NCBI GenBank assembly: GCA_964596735.1 | Contig: CAZQVF010000005.1 | Coordinates: 13,328-77,327, forward strand | Length of the DNA stretch: 64,000 bases | Source: an uncultured Gammaproteobacteria bacterium | GTDB lineage: Bacteria > Patescibacteriota > Patescibacteriia > UBA2591 > UBA6264 | Reading direction: 5' to 3' | Shown: positions 33,217 to 42,944 of the stretch, in pieces | How positions within the stretch are numbered: position 1 is the first letter of the stretch | Layout: every line of letters starts with the position of its first letter | The notes under the pieces: generated by a model | What the model was told of the DNA's origin: nothing | Seen by the model: only the letters and a program-made list of their open reading frames with translations | Database searches by the model: none | Position numbers and translations under genes: made by a program

Positions 33217-34254
33217 TTAATCTCTAGCCGAAGGAACAAAAACTTGTCTCAAGTTTTCAAAATCCTCTAGCACTAATCCAGTGCCCCTAATAATAGCTGT
33301 GGCTGGATCATCTGTTACTAATACAGGAATATTGATTCTTTTCTGAATCATTTTATCTAAACCACGTAACATTGCTCCCCCTCCCGAGAGAACAATTCCT
33401 CTTTCATAAATATCAGAAACTAACTCTGGTGGGGTCGCTTCAATGGTTTCATGAACTCCCTCAACAATTGTCTTTAGTAGTGGCATAATCGCCTCTCTTA
33501 TTTGGCTTTCGTTAATAAGTACCTCTTTGGGTAAACCTTTGATTAAATCTCTTCCCTTTGCCCTCATTTCTTGATTTTTATTACCAAAGGCTGAACCAAT
33601 CTTGACTTTTATTTCTTCAGCAGTCTGGTTTCCTAAAAGAACCCCAAATTTTTCCCTAATATAACTAATAATATTTTTATTAAGTGATTCTCCACCAATC
33701 TTTAATGACTTACTAGAAACAATTCCGTTTAAAGAAATCACCGCCACTTCGGAAAGCCCTCCCCCAAGTTCAACAATTAAATTACCAATTGATTCTTGAA
33801 TGGGAAGCCGTACCCCAATCGCAGCAGCCACTGGTCTCTCAACTAAAAAAACTTCACGTGCTCCTGCCTGTATAATAACGTCTTCTAAAGACTTTTTTTC
33901 TACCTCAGTTACATCAAGGGGAATAGCGGCAACTACTTTTGGTCTAGGAACAAGAGTAAAGGTATCTCTATGTACTTTTTCAAAAATTGATTTAAGCATT
34001 TTTTCTGTCACTTCAAAATCTGAAATAACCCCATGACTTAATGGTTCAATAATTGAAATATGACTAGGGGCTTTGCCCATCATTTTTAAAGCATTGGTTC
34101 CAATGGCAATAATTTGCTCGTTTCTTAAATTAATGGCAACGACAGAGGATTCACTGATTACCATCCCTCTCCCGCGAACATAAACCCTGACATTAGTAGT
34201 ACCTAAATCAATTCCAATATCTTTTGAGAATAAGCCAAAAAATTTTTTTAACAT
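33217..34254 (-). CDS. mreB: Rod-shape-determining actin homologue MreB
   Basis: IGIDLGTTNVRVYVRG..., phosphate and adenosine motifs of the actin/Hsp70 fold. Confidence 0.85.
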   Translation of the reverse strand: MLKKFFGLFSKDIGIDLGTTNVRVYVRGRGMVISESSVVAINLRNEQIIAIGTNALKMMGKAPSHISIIEPLSHGVISDFEVTEKMLKSIFEKVHRDTFTLVPRPKVVAAIPLDVTEVEKKSLEDVIIQAGAREVFLVERPVAAAIGVRLPIQESIGNLIVELGGGLSEVAVISLNGIVSSKSLKIGGESLNKNIISYIREKFGVLLGNQTAEEIKVKIGSAFGNKNQEMRAKGRDLIKGLPKEVLINESQIREAIMPLLKTIVEGVHETIEATPPELVSDIYERGIVLSGGGAMLRGLDKMIQKRINIPVLVTDDPATAIIRGTGLVLEDFENLRQVFVPSARD

Positions 34255-34316
34255 AAAATATATTTATTTAATACTATATTAGAGTTTAGCTGATAATAAC
34301 TTAATTGTAAACATCT

Positions 34317-35780
34317 TTAATAACCCTGAGCGAATAACCACCTACGTTTAGCCGACTTTCCACAATGTATACACTTTCCCTTTAGATTTTCTTTAACTTT
34401 ATTCATTTCTAAGACCCGCGTACTAAATTTAGTTTCTTGCTTAATTTTTTCTTCACACCTTTTATCTTCACACCAAAAAGCCCTAATAAAGACTTTTCGA
34501 GCCTGGCTAATCTTTTTAAATTCTTGATAAGTATCAACCTCAACTGTTAAATCTCTTTTAATTTTCTCTGATTTGGCAAAAAGATCTTTTTGTATTTGAT
34601 CCAAAAGATTTTTAGTCTTTATAATTAAATCTTTAACAGAAACCAAACTCTGTGAAAAAGTATCTCTTCTTACAAATTTTATTTTTTTGCCCTTAAGCTC
34701 TTTTTGCCCAATTTCTATTCTAAGGGGAACTCCTTTTATCTCCCATTCGTTGATACGATAACCCAAGGAGTATTTAAGATCTGTATCAAGCTTGACTCTT
34801 AGTCCGTTTTTCTTCAATTTTCCACAAACCTCTTGAGCGTATTTTTTTGTCTTTTCTGACTGAACTTTTTCTTTATCAGCTATTGCTAATATAACCACCT
34901 GGGGCTCTGCTACCTTTGGAGGAAGAATCAAACCAGAATCATCTCCATGGACCAAAACTAATCCTCCGATTGACCGTGTAGATAATCCCCAAGAAGTCTG
35001 AAAGGGATGACGTTTTTTCTCCTTATTATCCAAAAAACTAATATCAAACACTTTAGAAAAATTATCACCTAAATTATGCGAAGTAGCTGCTTGTAATGCC
35101 TTTCCATTAGGGATAACCAACTCAACAGAATAAGTAGTTTTAGCTCCTGCAAATTTTTCCTGCTCACTTTTAATGCCCACATAAGGAGATATGGCGAAAT
35201 AGTCTTTATAAAAATCTTCATACCACCCTAAAGCCTCTAAGGCCATCTTAATGGCTTCTTGTTCTGTTTGGTGGACTGTATGACCCTCTTGCCATAAAAA
35301 TTCTGTCGTTCTAAGAAAAGGATAAGTTCTTTTTTCCCATCTAATTACATTACACCATTGATTTATTTTTAAGGGTAAGTCTCGATAACTGTGAATCCAA
35401 TCAGCAAAAGTTTTATACATAATCGTTTCAGAAGTTGGTCTAAGAACATAGGGCTCAGATAGTTTTTCTCCTCCAGCATAAGTAACCACAGCTAACTCAG
35501 GAGAAAACCCTTCTAAATGTTTCTTTTCTTTTTTTAAAAGATGATTAGGAATTAACAATGGAAAATAACAGTTTTTAACATCGCTTTGCTTAAATTTTTG
35601 GTCAAGGACTGTTTGCACTTTTTCCCAAAGAGCATAACCATTTGGTTTAATAATCATGCTTCCTTTTACTTCAGAATAATCAGCCAAATCAGCGCGTAAA
35701 ACAACATCGCTATACCATTTGGCAATATTTTCTGATTTTTTTGTTAAACCCTTTTTTTCAAAGCTTTTTTTCTGTCTCAT
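34317..35780 (-). CDS. proS: Prolyl-tRNA synthetase, archaeal/eukaryal type with a C-terminal zinc-binding domain
   Basis: Class II motifs, no bacterial-type insertion domain; C-terminus ...CIHCGK...YAR-like. Confidence 0.85.
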   Translation of the reverse strand: MRQKKSFEKKGLTKKSENIAKWYSDVVLRADLADYSEVKGSMIIKPNGYALWEKVQTVLDQKFKQSDVKNCYFPLLIPNHLLKKEKKHLEGFSPELAVVTYAGGEKLSEPYVLRPTSETIMYKTFADWIHSYRDLPLKINQWCNVIRWEKRTYPFLRTTEFLWQEGHTVHQTEQEAIKMALEALGWYEDFYKDYFAISPYVGIKSEQEKFAGAKTTYSVELVIPNGKALQAATSHNLGDNFSKVFDISFLDNKEKKRHPFQTSWGLSTRSIGGLVLVHGDDSGLILPPKVAEPQVVILAIADKEKVQSEKTKKYAQEVCGKLKKNGLRVKLDTDLKYSLGYRINEWEIKGVPLRIEIGQKELKGKKIKFVRRDTFSQSLVSVKDLIIKTKNLLDQIQKDLFAKSEKIKRDLTVEVDTYQEFKKISQARKVFIRAFWCEDKRCEEKIKQETKFSTRVLEMNKVKENLKGKCIHCGKSAKRRWLFAQGY

Positions 35781-35791
35781 ATAAAATTTAT

Positions 35792-36943
35792 TTAGATTAG
35801 ATTGAAAATTTCTCTAACAGTAATAAAAAGTAAAAGTAAAAGTAAGATATAAAATCCTATATTAATTAAAATTAACTCTGTCTTACTGTTGATTGGCTTT
35901 CTTCTTGCCCCCTCTATAATAGAAAAAACTATACGCGAACCATCTAATGCGGGAAAAGGAATAATTTGAAAAACACCAATAGCAACGGAAAGCAAACCAA
36001 TAAATTGTAAAAGATAAATAAAACCAACGCGAGCCATATCGCTAGCCATAGTTGTTATTCCTACTGGTCCAAGTAATTGGCCTATCATTTGTTGATGGAC
36101 CACTAAATTCTTTAAAATCAGCCATAAACCGTGAAAAAGTCTTCCGGTCAAGGAGACGGTTGTTTTAACGCCAAGAATAATAGACTGGTGCCAAGGATAT
36201 GCAACAATCACTGTTTGAGACAAAGCAATTCCAATAACCCCTCGTGGATCTTTCATGTCATCAAAAATTTGCTCACTCGGAACCACGTTAACGACCCGGC
36301 TAATTATCTCTTTTTGCCTCTCAACTTTTATTTCTAAAGACTGATTAAGCTTTGTTTCAATATAATCTTGAATTTCTTTTACCTGTTTAAATTCTTGGCT
36401 GTCCAAACTAAGAATAACATCTCCAATTTTTAGGCCAGCTTGATCAGCTGGTGAATTTGGCATAACCATGCCAATTTGAATTCCCACTGAACGAAGAATT
36501 TTTCCTCCACTGATTTGTTCAACGTCTTGAGGTAGGCCGACAAAATAGGCAAGAGCGAAGATAAAAAAAGCGAGAAAAATATTCATTAATATGCCACCGG
36601 CAGCCACTAAGGCTTTTTTCCACCAGACTTGAACAAAAAAACTATCTGGATCATCATTTGATTTTCCCCCTAATTCCCCTTTAAGTTTATTAAATCCGCC
36701 AAAAGGTATCCAATTTAAAGAATAAATTGTCTTGGTTTTTGTCTCTAATGGTTCGTCTTTACTCCAGAAAAATTTAAATCTAAATTTTTTCTCTGAAGAT
36801 CTAACAAGACCACAAACTCTCGGCGGATACCCAAATCCAAATTCTTCCACTCTAATTTTAAAAATCTTAGCCAAAATAAAATGACCTAATTCGTGGAAAA
36901 AAACTACAATACTTAAACCAACAATAGCTAAAAAAATAAACAT
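35792..36943 (-). CDS. rseP: RseP-like site-2 protease (M50 zinc metalloprotease with PDZ domain)
   Basis: HELGHFILAK HExxH in the first TM, central PDZ (GLKIGDVILSLD), C-terminal LDGS motif. Confidence 0.8.
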   Translation of the reverse strand: MFIFLAIVGLSIVVFFHELGHFILAKIFKIRVEEFGFGYPPRVCGLVRSSEKKFRFKFFWSKDEPLETKTKTIYSLNWIPFGGFNKLKGELGGKSNDDPDSFFVQVWWKKALVAAGGILMNIFLAFFIFALAYFVGLPQDVEQISGGKILRSVGIQIGMVMPNSPADQAGLKIGDVILSLDSQEFKQVKEIQDYIETKLNQSLEIKVERQKEIISRVVNVVPSEQIFDDMKDPRGVIGIALSQTVIVAYPWHQSIILGVKTTVSLTGRLFHGLWLILKNLVVHQQMIGQLLGPVGITTMASDMARVGFIYLLQFIGLLSVAIGVFQIIPFPALDGSRIVFSIIEGARRKPINSKTELILINIGFYILLLLLLFITVREIFNLI

Positions 36944-37005
36944 AACTTCTCTTCTGTCTTTAATGTTCGAGGTTCTCAGGTTTGCCTCGGCAATTACTTG
37001 ATAAT

Positions 37006-37557
37006 CTAAATGGTATTAATTTCTTTTTCTTTACGCTCACCAATTGATTTAATCTCTTCCTGATATTCGTTGGTCAATTTATCTAAATCTTCGAAAAATC
37101 GATATTTTTCATCTTCAGTAATCTCTTTTGCCCGTTCAGCTTTAATGATTTCTTCACGAACAGAATCACGAATATTTCGTAAAGATTTTCTTACATTCTC
37201 TAATCTACTATGTAAAATCTTTATCAGGTCTTTTCTTCTCTCCTCATTTAAAGGGGGTAAAGATAGACGAATCATCCCTTCAACCGAATTCACGGAAAAG
37301 CCTAAATCAGTTTTTAATAAAGCCTGCTCGATTTCCTTAATAATATTTTTATCCCAAGGTTGAACAACAATTGTTCTTGGTTCAGGAATGTTTAAAGTGG
37401 CTAACTGCTCTAAGGGTGTTTTTGTTCCGTAAACCTCTATTAAAAGATGGGTAACCAATTCTGGGTTAGCTCTATTTGTTCTTAAACTTTGAACGTCTTT
37501 TTTTAAGAAATCAATTGCCTTATTAAATTCTGGTTTATGAGATTCAATAATATCCAT
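37006..37557 (-). CDS. frr: Ribosome recycling factor
   Basis: 183 aa with an RRF-like pattern. Confidence 0.85.
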   Translation of the reverse strand: MDIIESHKPEFNKAIDFLKKDVQSLRTNRANPELVTHLLIEVYGTKTPLEQLATLNIPEPRTIVVQPWDKNIIKEIEQALLKTDLGFSVNSVEGMIRLSLPPLNEERRKDLIKILHSRLENVRKSLRNIRDSVREEIIKAERAKEITEDEKYRFFEDLDKLTNEYQEEIKSIGERKEKEINTI

Positions 37558-37575
37558 AATAAATATTAAACTTAT

Positions 37576-38625
37576 TTACTTAGAATTAATCATTCCTAAA
37601 TAAAGGATGTCTGAGTTAACTGGATTAACCAATATCTTGTTTGGAATCTTTTTACTGGGAATTGGCTTGGTTATCCAATTTTCTCCATTGTCAATTGATT
37701 TATACAAAGTCTTATTAGTTGCATAATAAATAATGTCTGCATTTTGAGAATCAACCGCCAAGGAATAAATTTCTACTTTATCTCCTGAGGTTACCAGTTT
37801 ATATTCTGTCCAATTTTGACCACCATCTTCAGTATGAAGCAAGCCAGCTTTACTAATACTAATTAAAGCATCGGGAAAATTAGGATTAAAGATTAATTGA
37901 CGAATCTTTTCTGCCCCTGAAAAAGAACGATAACGCTCTTCTAAGGATTTCCAATCAATTCCATGATTTTCTGAACGAAAAACCTCTTGATTTAATAAAG
38001 TAACATAAATTATCTGAGGGTTATACGGATTTATTAGAACTTGGCCAATTCTTTTCTCAAAATTCCTTAAAGGGGTCCAGCTCAGGCCTCCATCTTCGCT
38101 ACGAATAAGTCGACCATCTGAAAGTCCGGCCGTAACAATATTCGGAAACAAATGATTAACAGCTAAAGCACTTATTTCTACATCAGAAAAAGTATCTAAA
38201 TAAACACTTCCCCAGGTTCTATTAGCGTCCTTTGTTTTAAAAATTCTATTTTCTATGCCCACATAAACGATATGTTTAGCTTTTGGATCAACCGCCAATG
38301 AACTAATCTTTCCCTTGGGCAATCTTTTAACCTCTTGCCATGATTCAGCTCCGTCAAAACTAACAAAAAGGCCATTCTTTTTTGTTCCCAAATAAATAGT
38401 TTGAGAATCTTGAGGATCAAAAACAAAAACGTTTGTTTCAATATTGTTTAGATATTTTTGTTCCTGAGGCAAACTCAATAAAAATATTTTTTGCTGCCAA
38501 TTATTACCTCCATCCACTGATTTATAAACACCACCCCCTGTTGGTGTATTTTCCACCCTAATACAACCACTAGCTAATAAAAAAACCAGTAATAAGGATG
38601 ATAAAATTGTTGTCTTTTTTAACAT
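37576..38625 (-). CDS. Lipoprotein with BNR/Asp-box repeats (Ycf48-like beta-propeller)
   Basis: Lipobox LLASGC; repeated S/DxDGGxxW motifs (DGGNNW, DGAESW, DGGLSW, DGGQNW, DNGENW). Confidence 0.55.
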   Translation of the reverse strand: MLKKTTILSSLLLVFLLASGCIRVENTPTGGGVYKSVDGGNNWQQKIFLLSLPQEQKYLNNIETNVFVFDPQDSQTIYLGTKKNGLFVSFDGAESWQEVKRLPKGKISSLAVDPKAKHIVYVGIENRIFKTKDANRTWGSVYLDTFSDVEISALAVNHLFPNIVTAGLSDGRLIRSEDGGLSWTPLRNFEKRIGQVLINPYNPQIIYVTLLNQEVFRSENHGIDWKSLEERYRSFSGAEKIRQLIFNPNFPDALISISKAGLLHTEDGGQNWTEYKLVTSGDKVEIYSLAVDSQNADIIYYATNKTLYKSIDNGENWITKPIPSKKIPNKILVNPVNSDILYLGMINSK

Positions 38626-38629
38626 AAGC

Positions 38630-39676
38630 CTATTGATTAATTATTAAATTTTCAATAGCCAATTTTTGGTTAACATTGGCTGCTAGCAAAAGCTGAGTTT
38701 TAAAAATTCGATTAATCAAATTTTGCAAATCTTTTTGGGTATATTTTTGAGCCAAATCTCTTAACTGAATGGAAATCGACCGATCAGCAGGACAAAGATT
38801 TAGTTTAACTAAAATCAAATCTCTAAGTAATCTTGCTAAATTATCTAAGGCTTGCTGTGGACTTCTTTTTGTATTAAGAATTAAATCAACTAATCGAAAT
38901 TTACTTTCTGAATCATTTTTACTTAAAAGAGATATAAAATCATTGATTAGGCTCCTTTCCTGTTCTATTTCTTTAAAATTTCGAGCAAACTGAATTGCTA
39001 AGCCTGGCCGACCAAGGGCTAAACTTAATATTTCTTTGGCTTTTTCTTCTTTTAAAGAAAATTCTTGCTTTAAAAAATTTGTTGTTTCTTCTTTTAAAGG
39101 AAAGGAAAATCTTAAAATCTGACATCTTGAACGAAGTGTTACTGGTAAATAAGTGAAGCTCCGTGAAATCAAAATAATAATTGACTTCTGTGGTGGCTCT
39201 TCTAATAGTTTTAAAAGGGCATTAGCAGCCGGAAGGGTAAGATTGTCTGTTTCTTCTATTATAACAACTTTATACGGGGCAGAAAAGGGGCTAGAATAAA
39301 GGAATTCTTTAATTTGTCGAGCTTGTTCAACACCAACTTTCCCCTGTGGGGTTAATTCGATAGAAGAAAATGAACTACCTAAATAAATAAAATCCGGATG
39401 AATCTTTTTTATAAGCTGTTGACAAGGAAGGCACGTCCCGCAAGGAAGAAAAGAGTTTTTCTTTTTATTTAAACAAAATAAATTAGAAATAAAAATTTCT
39501 GCTACTTTATTTTTACCAATATGTTTAGGCCCATAAAATAAATAAGAATGGGCTAACTGATTATTAATAGCACTTCTTTGTAAGAATTTAAGAATTTTTT
39601 GATGACCGACAACTTCCATTTTTTTAATTAAACAGTTAATAAAACTTTTATTGTTTCTTGAGCACATTTTTCCCAA
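38630..39676 (-). CDS. holB: DNA polymerase III delta-prime subunit
   Basis: AAA+ Walker A-like GPKHIGKNKVA and Zn module CGTCLPC. Start probably the internal Met (about 39619). Confidence 0.7.
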   Translation of the reverse strand: MGKMCSRNNKSFINCLIKKMEVVGHQKILKFLQRSAINNQLAHSYLFYGPKHIGKNKVAEIFISNLFCLNKKKNSFLPCGTCLPCQQLIKKIHPDFIYLGSSFSSIELTPQGKVGVEQARQIKEFLYSSPFSAPYKVVIIEETDNLTLPAANALLKLLEEPPQKSIIILISRSFTYLPVTLRSRCQILRFSFPLKEETTNFLKQEFSLKEEKAKEILSLALGRPGLAIQFARNFKEIEQERSLINDFISLLSKNDSESKFRLVDLILNTKRSPQQALDNLARLLRDLILVKLNLCPADRSISIQLRDLAQKYTQKDLQNLINRIFKTQLLLAANVNQKLAIENLIINQ

Positions 39677-40746
39677 GAATATTTTTTAATATTTTCTAAT
39701 CCTTTTTTTCTTAATTGATATTTTAAACTTTGATCAGTTAAAAATTCTTTTAAAGTACTGGTGATTTCTTCAATTTTATTCGGATTAAAATATAAAGCTG
39801 CCTCATCACCTACTTCAGGAATTGATCCTGCATTGCTAATAATCACTGGAGTTCCACAGGCCATTGCTTCTAAAATAGGCAAACCAAAGCCTTCATAAAG
39901 TGAGGGGAAAATAAACGCCTCTGCTCCATGATAGAAATGAACTAATTCATCAGCCTGAATATAACCAATCTGATAAATTAATGGTTTAACTTTCTCAATT
40001 TCTGAGGCAATCTCTTGATAATCAAATCCTGGGTCACCTATTAAAACTAATCTTGGAAATGATGTCTTAACTTCTGAATTAAAGAGTCTAGAATATGCTT
40101 TTATTAGATTTGTAACATTTTTTTTCTTTTCTAACCGTCCGACAAAAAGAAAATAAGGCTTTTTTATTTTATATTTTTTTAAAAGTTGGTTTATTTTCTC
40201 CTGATTTTCATTTAAATTAAACATTTCCTTGTCATAACCCTCATAAATAACATTTATTTTTTCTTCCTTAGTATAATATAACTGTATTAACTCTTCTTTG
40301 GTAAAATCTGAAGGCACTATGATTTTATCTGCTTTTTTACTTGCCCACCAATGGACAAAATAAGCATAAATTCTTTGAAGAAATGAATAAACATTTTTAA
40401 ACCTCCTGAACCCTAAATCATGGATAGTTATCACTTTTTTAGGACGACAAAAAATTGGCAAGGCATGAGCAGGAACAAATAAAACATCTGGTGGATTAAA
40501 AAATATTTCCCAACACAATCTTATATGTGTCCAAATATATTTAAAGGGCCATGACAAAACTTTACTTTGCCAATTATTAGGCAAATGAGCCAAGTCGCCT
40601 TTTAACATATCTCTTGAATATAAGACAAATTTATCCCCTGGTTTAAGGGGAATTTTTTTTAACATCTGGATTAAATGATATGAATACCACTCTACTCCTG
40701 TTTTGTTTTTTTTATTTGCCCGCGAGGCATCAATGCCGATTAGCAT
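39628..40746 (-). CDS. Glycosyltransferase family 1 (GT4)
   Basis: EGFGLPILEAMACGTPVI is the GT-B signature. Confidence 0.75.
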   Translation of the reverse strand: MLIGIDASRANKKNKTGVEWYSYHLIQMLKKIPLKPGDKFVLYSRDMLKGDLAHLPNNWQSKVLSWPFKYIWTHIRLCWEIFFNPPDVLFVPAHALPIFCRPKKVITIHDLGFRRFKNVYSFLQRIYAYFVHWWASKKADKIIVPSDFTKEELIQLYYTKEEKINVIYEGYDKEMFNLNENQEKINQLLKKYKIKKPYFLFVGRLEKKKNVTNLIKAYSRLFNSEVKTSFPRLVLIGDPGFDYQEIASEIEKVKPLIYQIGYIQADELVHFYHGAEAFIFPSLYEGFGLPILEAMACGTPVIISNAGSIPEVGDEAALYFNPNKIEEITSTLKEFLTDQSLKYQLRKKGLENIKKYSWEKCAQETIKVLLTV

Positions 40747-41753
40747 TATCTCATTGCTAAAATACTTCTTTTATACGATTCTAAATTATCCAAAGCTGTC
40801 CCTGTGCCACGCGCTACAGAAAGTAAGGGCTCATCAGCCAAATAAGTAGGGACCCCAATAGCTTGAGTTAAAAGTTTATCCATATTTCTCAAAAGCGCAC
40901 TTCCTCCAGATAAAACCATGCCTTTTTCCATAACATCAGCCGAGAGCTCTGGAGGGGTTTCATAAAGAACAGATTTAACTGCTAAAATAATAGATTGGAG
41001 TTCATTTTGAATTGCCTCTGTAATATCATCTGAATTAATCGTAAGAACTCGAGGCAGTCCAAGGATCATATCTCGCCCCTTAATATCCAGTTTTAATTTT
41101 TTCTCCAATGGCAGGGCTGAACCAATCTTTATTTTAATTTCTTCTGCCGTCCTTTCCCCTACGGCCAAATTATATTTTTTTCGAATAAAAGTAGTAAGAG
41201 AAGAATCAAACTTATTTCCAGCCACCCGAACAGAAGTACAGGCAACAATTCCCCCTAAAGAAATAACTGCTGCTTCAGTAGTTCCCCCACCAATATCAAT
41301 AATCATATGACCCGAAGCTGATCCAATCGGGATATTTGCTCCAATCGCCGCCGCTATGGGTTCTTTGATGATATAGGCTGCTTTAGCTCCTGAACGCATG
41401 GTGGCATCAACCACGGCCCTTCTTTCTGAAGAAGTAATCCCTCCTGGAACGGCAACCATCACCTCTGGTCTAAAAATATTAAAACGACCGATTACTTTAC
41501 CAATAAAATATTTTAACATCGCCTCTGTGGTCTTATAATCAGCGATAACCCCATCTTTCAGGGGTTTTTTTGCAATAATAGTATCTGGAGTCCGCCCAAT
41601 CATTTCCTTGGCCTCGTCACCCACGGCTAAAACGCTTTTATCAATGGTAGAAATAGCGACCACTGAAGGCTCGTTGGTGACAATGCCTTTATCTGGTAAA
41701 TAAACCAAAATGTTGGTCGTTCCTAAGTCAATGCCGACTTTCTTAATAAACAT
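40746..41753 (-). CDS. MreB/Mbl-family actin homologue (second paralogue)
   Basis: VGIDLGTTNILVYL... and full actin-fold motifs; 335 aa. Confidence 0.8.
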   Translation of the reverse strand: MFIKKVGIDLGTTNILVYLPDKGIVTNEPSVVAISTIDKSVLAVGDEAKEMIGRTPDTIIAKKPLKDGVIADYKTTEAMLKYFIGKVIGRFNIFRPEVMVAVPGGITSSERRAVVDATMRSGAKAAYIIKEPIAAAIGANIPIGSASGHMIIDIGGGTTEAAVISLGGIVACTSVRVAGNKFDSSLTTFIRKKYNLAVGERTAEEIKIKIGSALPLEKKLKLDIKGRDMILGLPRVLTINSDDITEAIQNELQSIILAVKSVLYETPPELSADVMEKGMVLSGGSALLRNMDKLLTQAIGVPTYLADEPLLSVARGTGTALDNLESYKRSILAMR

Positions 41754-41820
41754 ATCATTACTTTATCTAAATATCAAAAAAAGTCAACCTTTCTTATTTT
41801 TGTGATAAAGCTATAAAAAA

Positions 41821-42864
41821 CTAACTTTCTATTACTTTTTTCTTATATTTCAAATAATATCTAACCAAAATAGCAACGATCGTCGCCGCTGGAACAGCTA
41901 AAACCATACCAATGGGTCCAGCTAATTTCCCCCCTACTAATAAGGCCAAGATAATAACCAGGGGGTCAAGGCCAACAGCCTTATGCATTACATAAGGAGA
42001 AATCAAAGTGTTTTCAATCTGCTGAATAACCATAAAAAGAATCAAAACAAATAAAGCCAGGGTTGGTGACTGGGTAAGAGCAATCAAAACTGCCGGAACG
42101 GCACCAATAAAAGGCCCAAGATAAGGAATTACTTCTGCTAAACCAGCAATCACTGCTAAGGTTAAAGAAAATTTAACGCCCAAAATCAGTAGACCCAAAT
42201 AAACCAAGACTCCAACAAATAAACAAATTAGTAACAGTCCTCTGGCCCATGCGCCAACGTCTTTTTGTACTGATTCACTAAAATCTGTTAAAAACTTCCT
42301 ATAATTGGCTGGTACCAAAGAATCTATAAAAGACCTCACGCCCCTTTTTCTGACCGAAATATAAAAGGATAAAACAAATACCATAAAAACAGACATAACC
42401 TGACCAGCTACCGTTCCTAAAACAGAAAAAATTGACTTAGCACTTAAAGACGATTTATTAAGCCAATTATTAAGCATGTCCAAAAACTGTTCTTGTGAAC
42501 CTGCCTGAATACCTGCTTGAACTTTATCTAAAATCGAGGTTAAAAATTCAGGAATTTCATCAATAAAAAGCCTGGTTTGTGATACAACAGCAGGAACAAT
42601 GGCCAGGCCCACTAAAATCAAAACTAATAATACACTCAAATAAACAAAAAGAGCCCCTGCCCAGCGAGGGATTTTCTTCTTTTCAAAATAATTAACCATT
42701 GGATTAATAATCGTCGCTAAAAGTACGGCAACCAAAATGATAAAAATCACATCGCGCAGCACGTATAAAAGCCAAAGGATGACAAAAATTAAAAGAATTT
42801 TGCCAATTGACCAAATATCAAACTTAATTAAAGTCACATTTTCTTTGTTATTTTTGTTTTCCAT
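41821..42864 (-). CDS. AI-2E family (PerM/TqsA-like) membrane transporter
   Basis: Multi-TM 347-aa protein with typical AI-2E topology and conserved motifs. Confidence 0.6.
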   Translation of the reverse strand: MENKNNKENVTLIKFDIWSIGKILLIFVILWLLYVLRDVIFIILVAVLLATIINPMVNYFEKKKIPRWAGALFVYLSVLLVLILVGLAIVPAVVSQTRLFIDEIPEFLTSILDKVQAGIQAGSQEQFLDMLNNWLNKSSLSAKSIFSVLGTVAGQVMSVFMVFVLSFYISVRKRGVRSFIDSLVPANYRKFLTDFSESVQKDVGAWARGLLLICLFVGVLVYLGLLILGVKFSLTLAVIAGLAEVIPYLGPFIGAVPAVLIALTQSPTLALFVLILFMVIQQIENTLISPYVMHKAVGLDPLVIILALLVGGKLAGPIGMVLAVPAATIVAILVRYYLKYKKKVIES

Positions 42865-42918
42865 AGTTTATAATTAAAATGTTTTTTAATTTCAAGGTTC
42901 TGGCGAAGCCAGGTTCTT
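42865..42918 (-). promoter_or_regulatory. Promoter cassette copy upstream of the AI-2E transporter gene (-35 TTGAAA, 17-nt spacer, -10 TATAAA, 2 nt before ATG)
   Basis: Minus strand: AAGAACCTGGCTTCGCCAGAACCTTGAAATTAAAAAACATTTTAATTATAAACTATG. Confidence 0.55.
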
Positions 42919-42944
42919 ATTTTTTAAATTTATAATTATCTATA

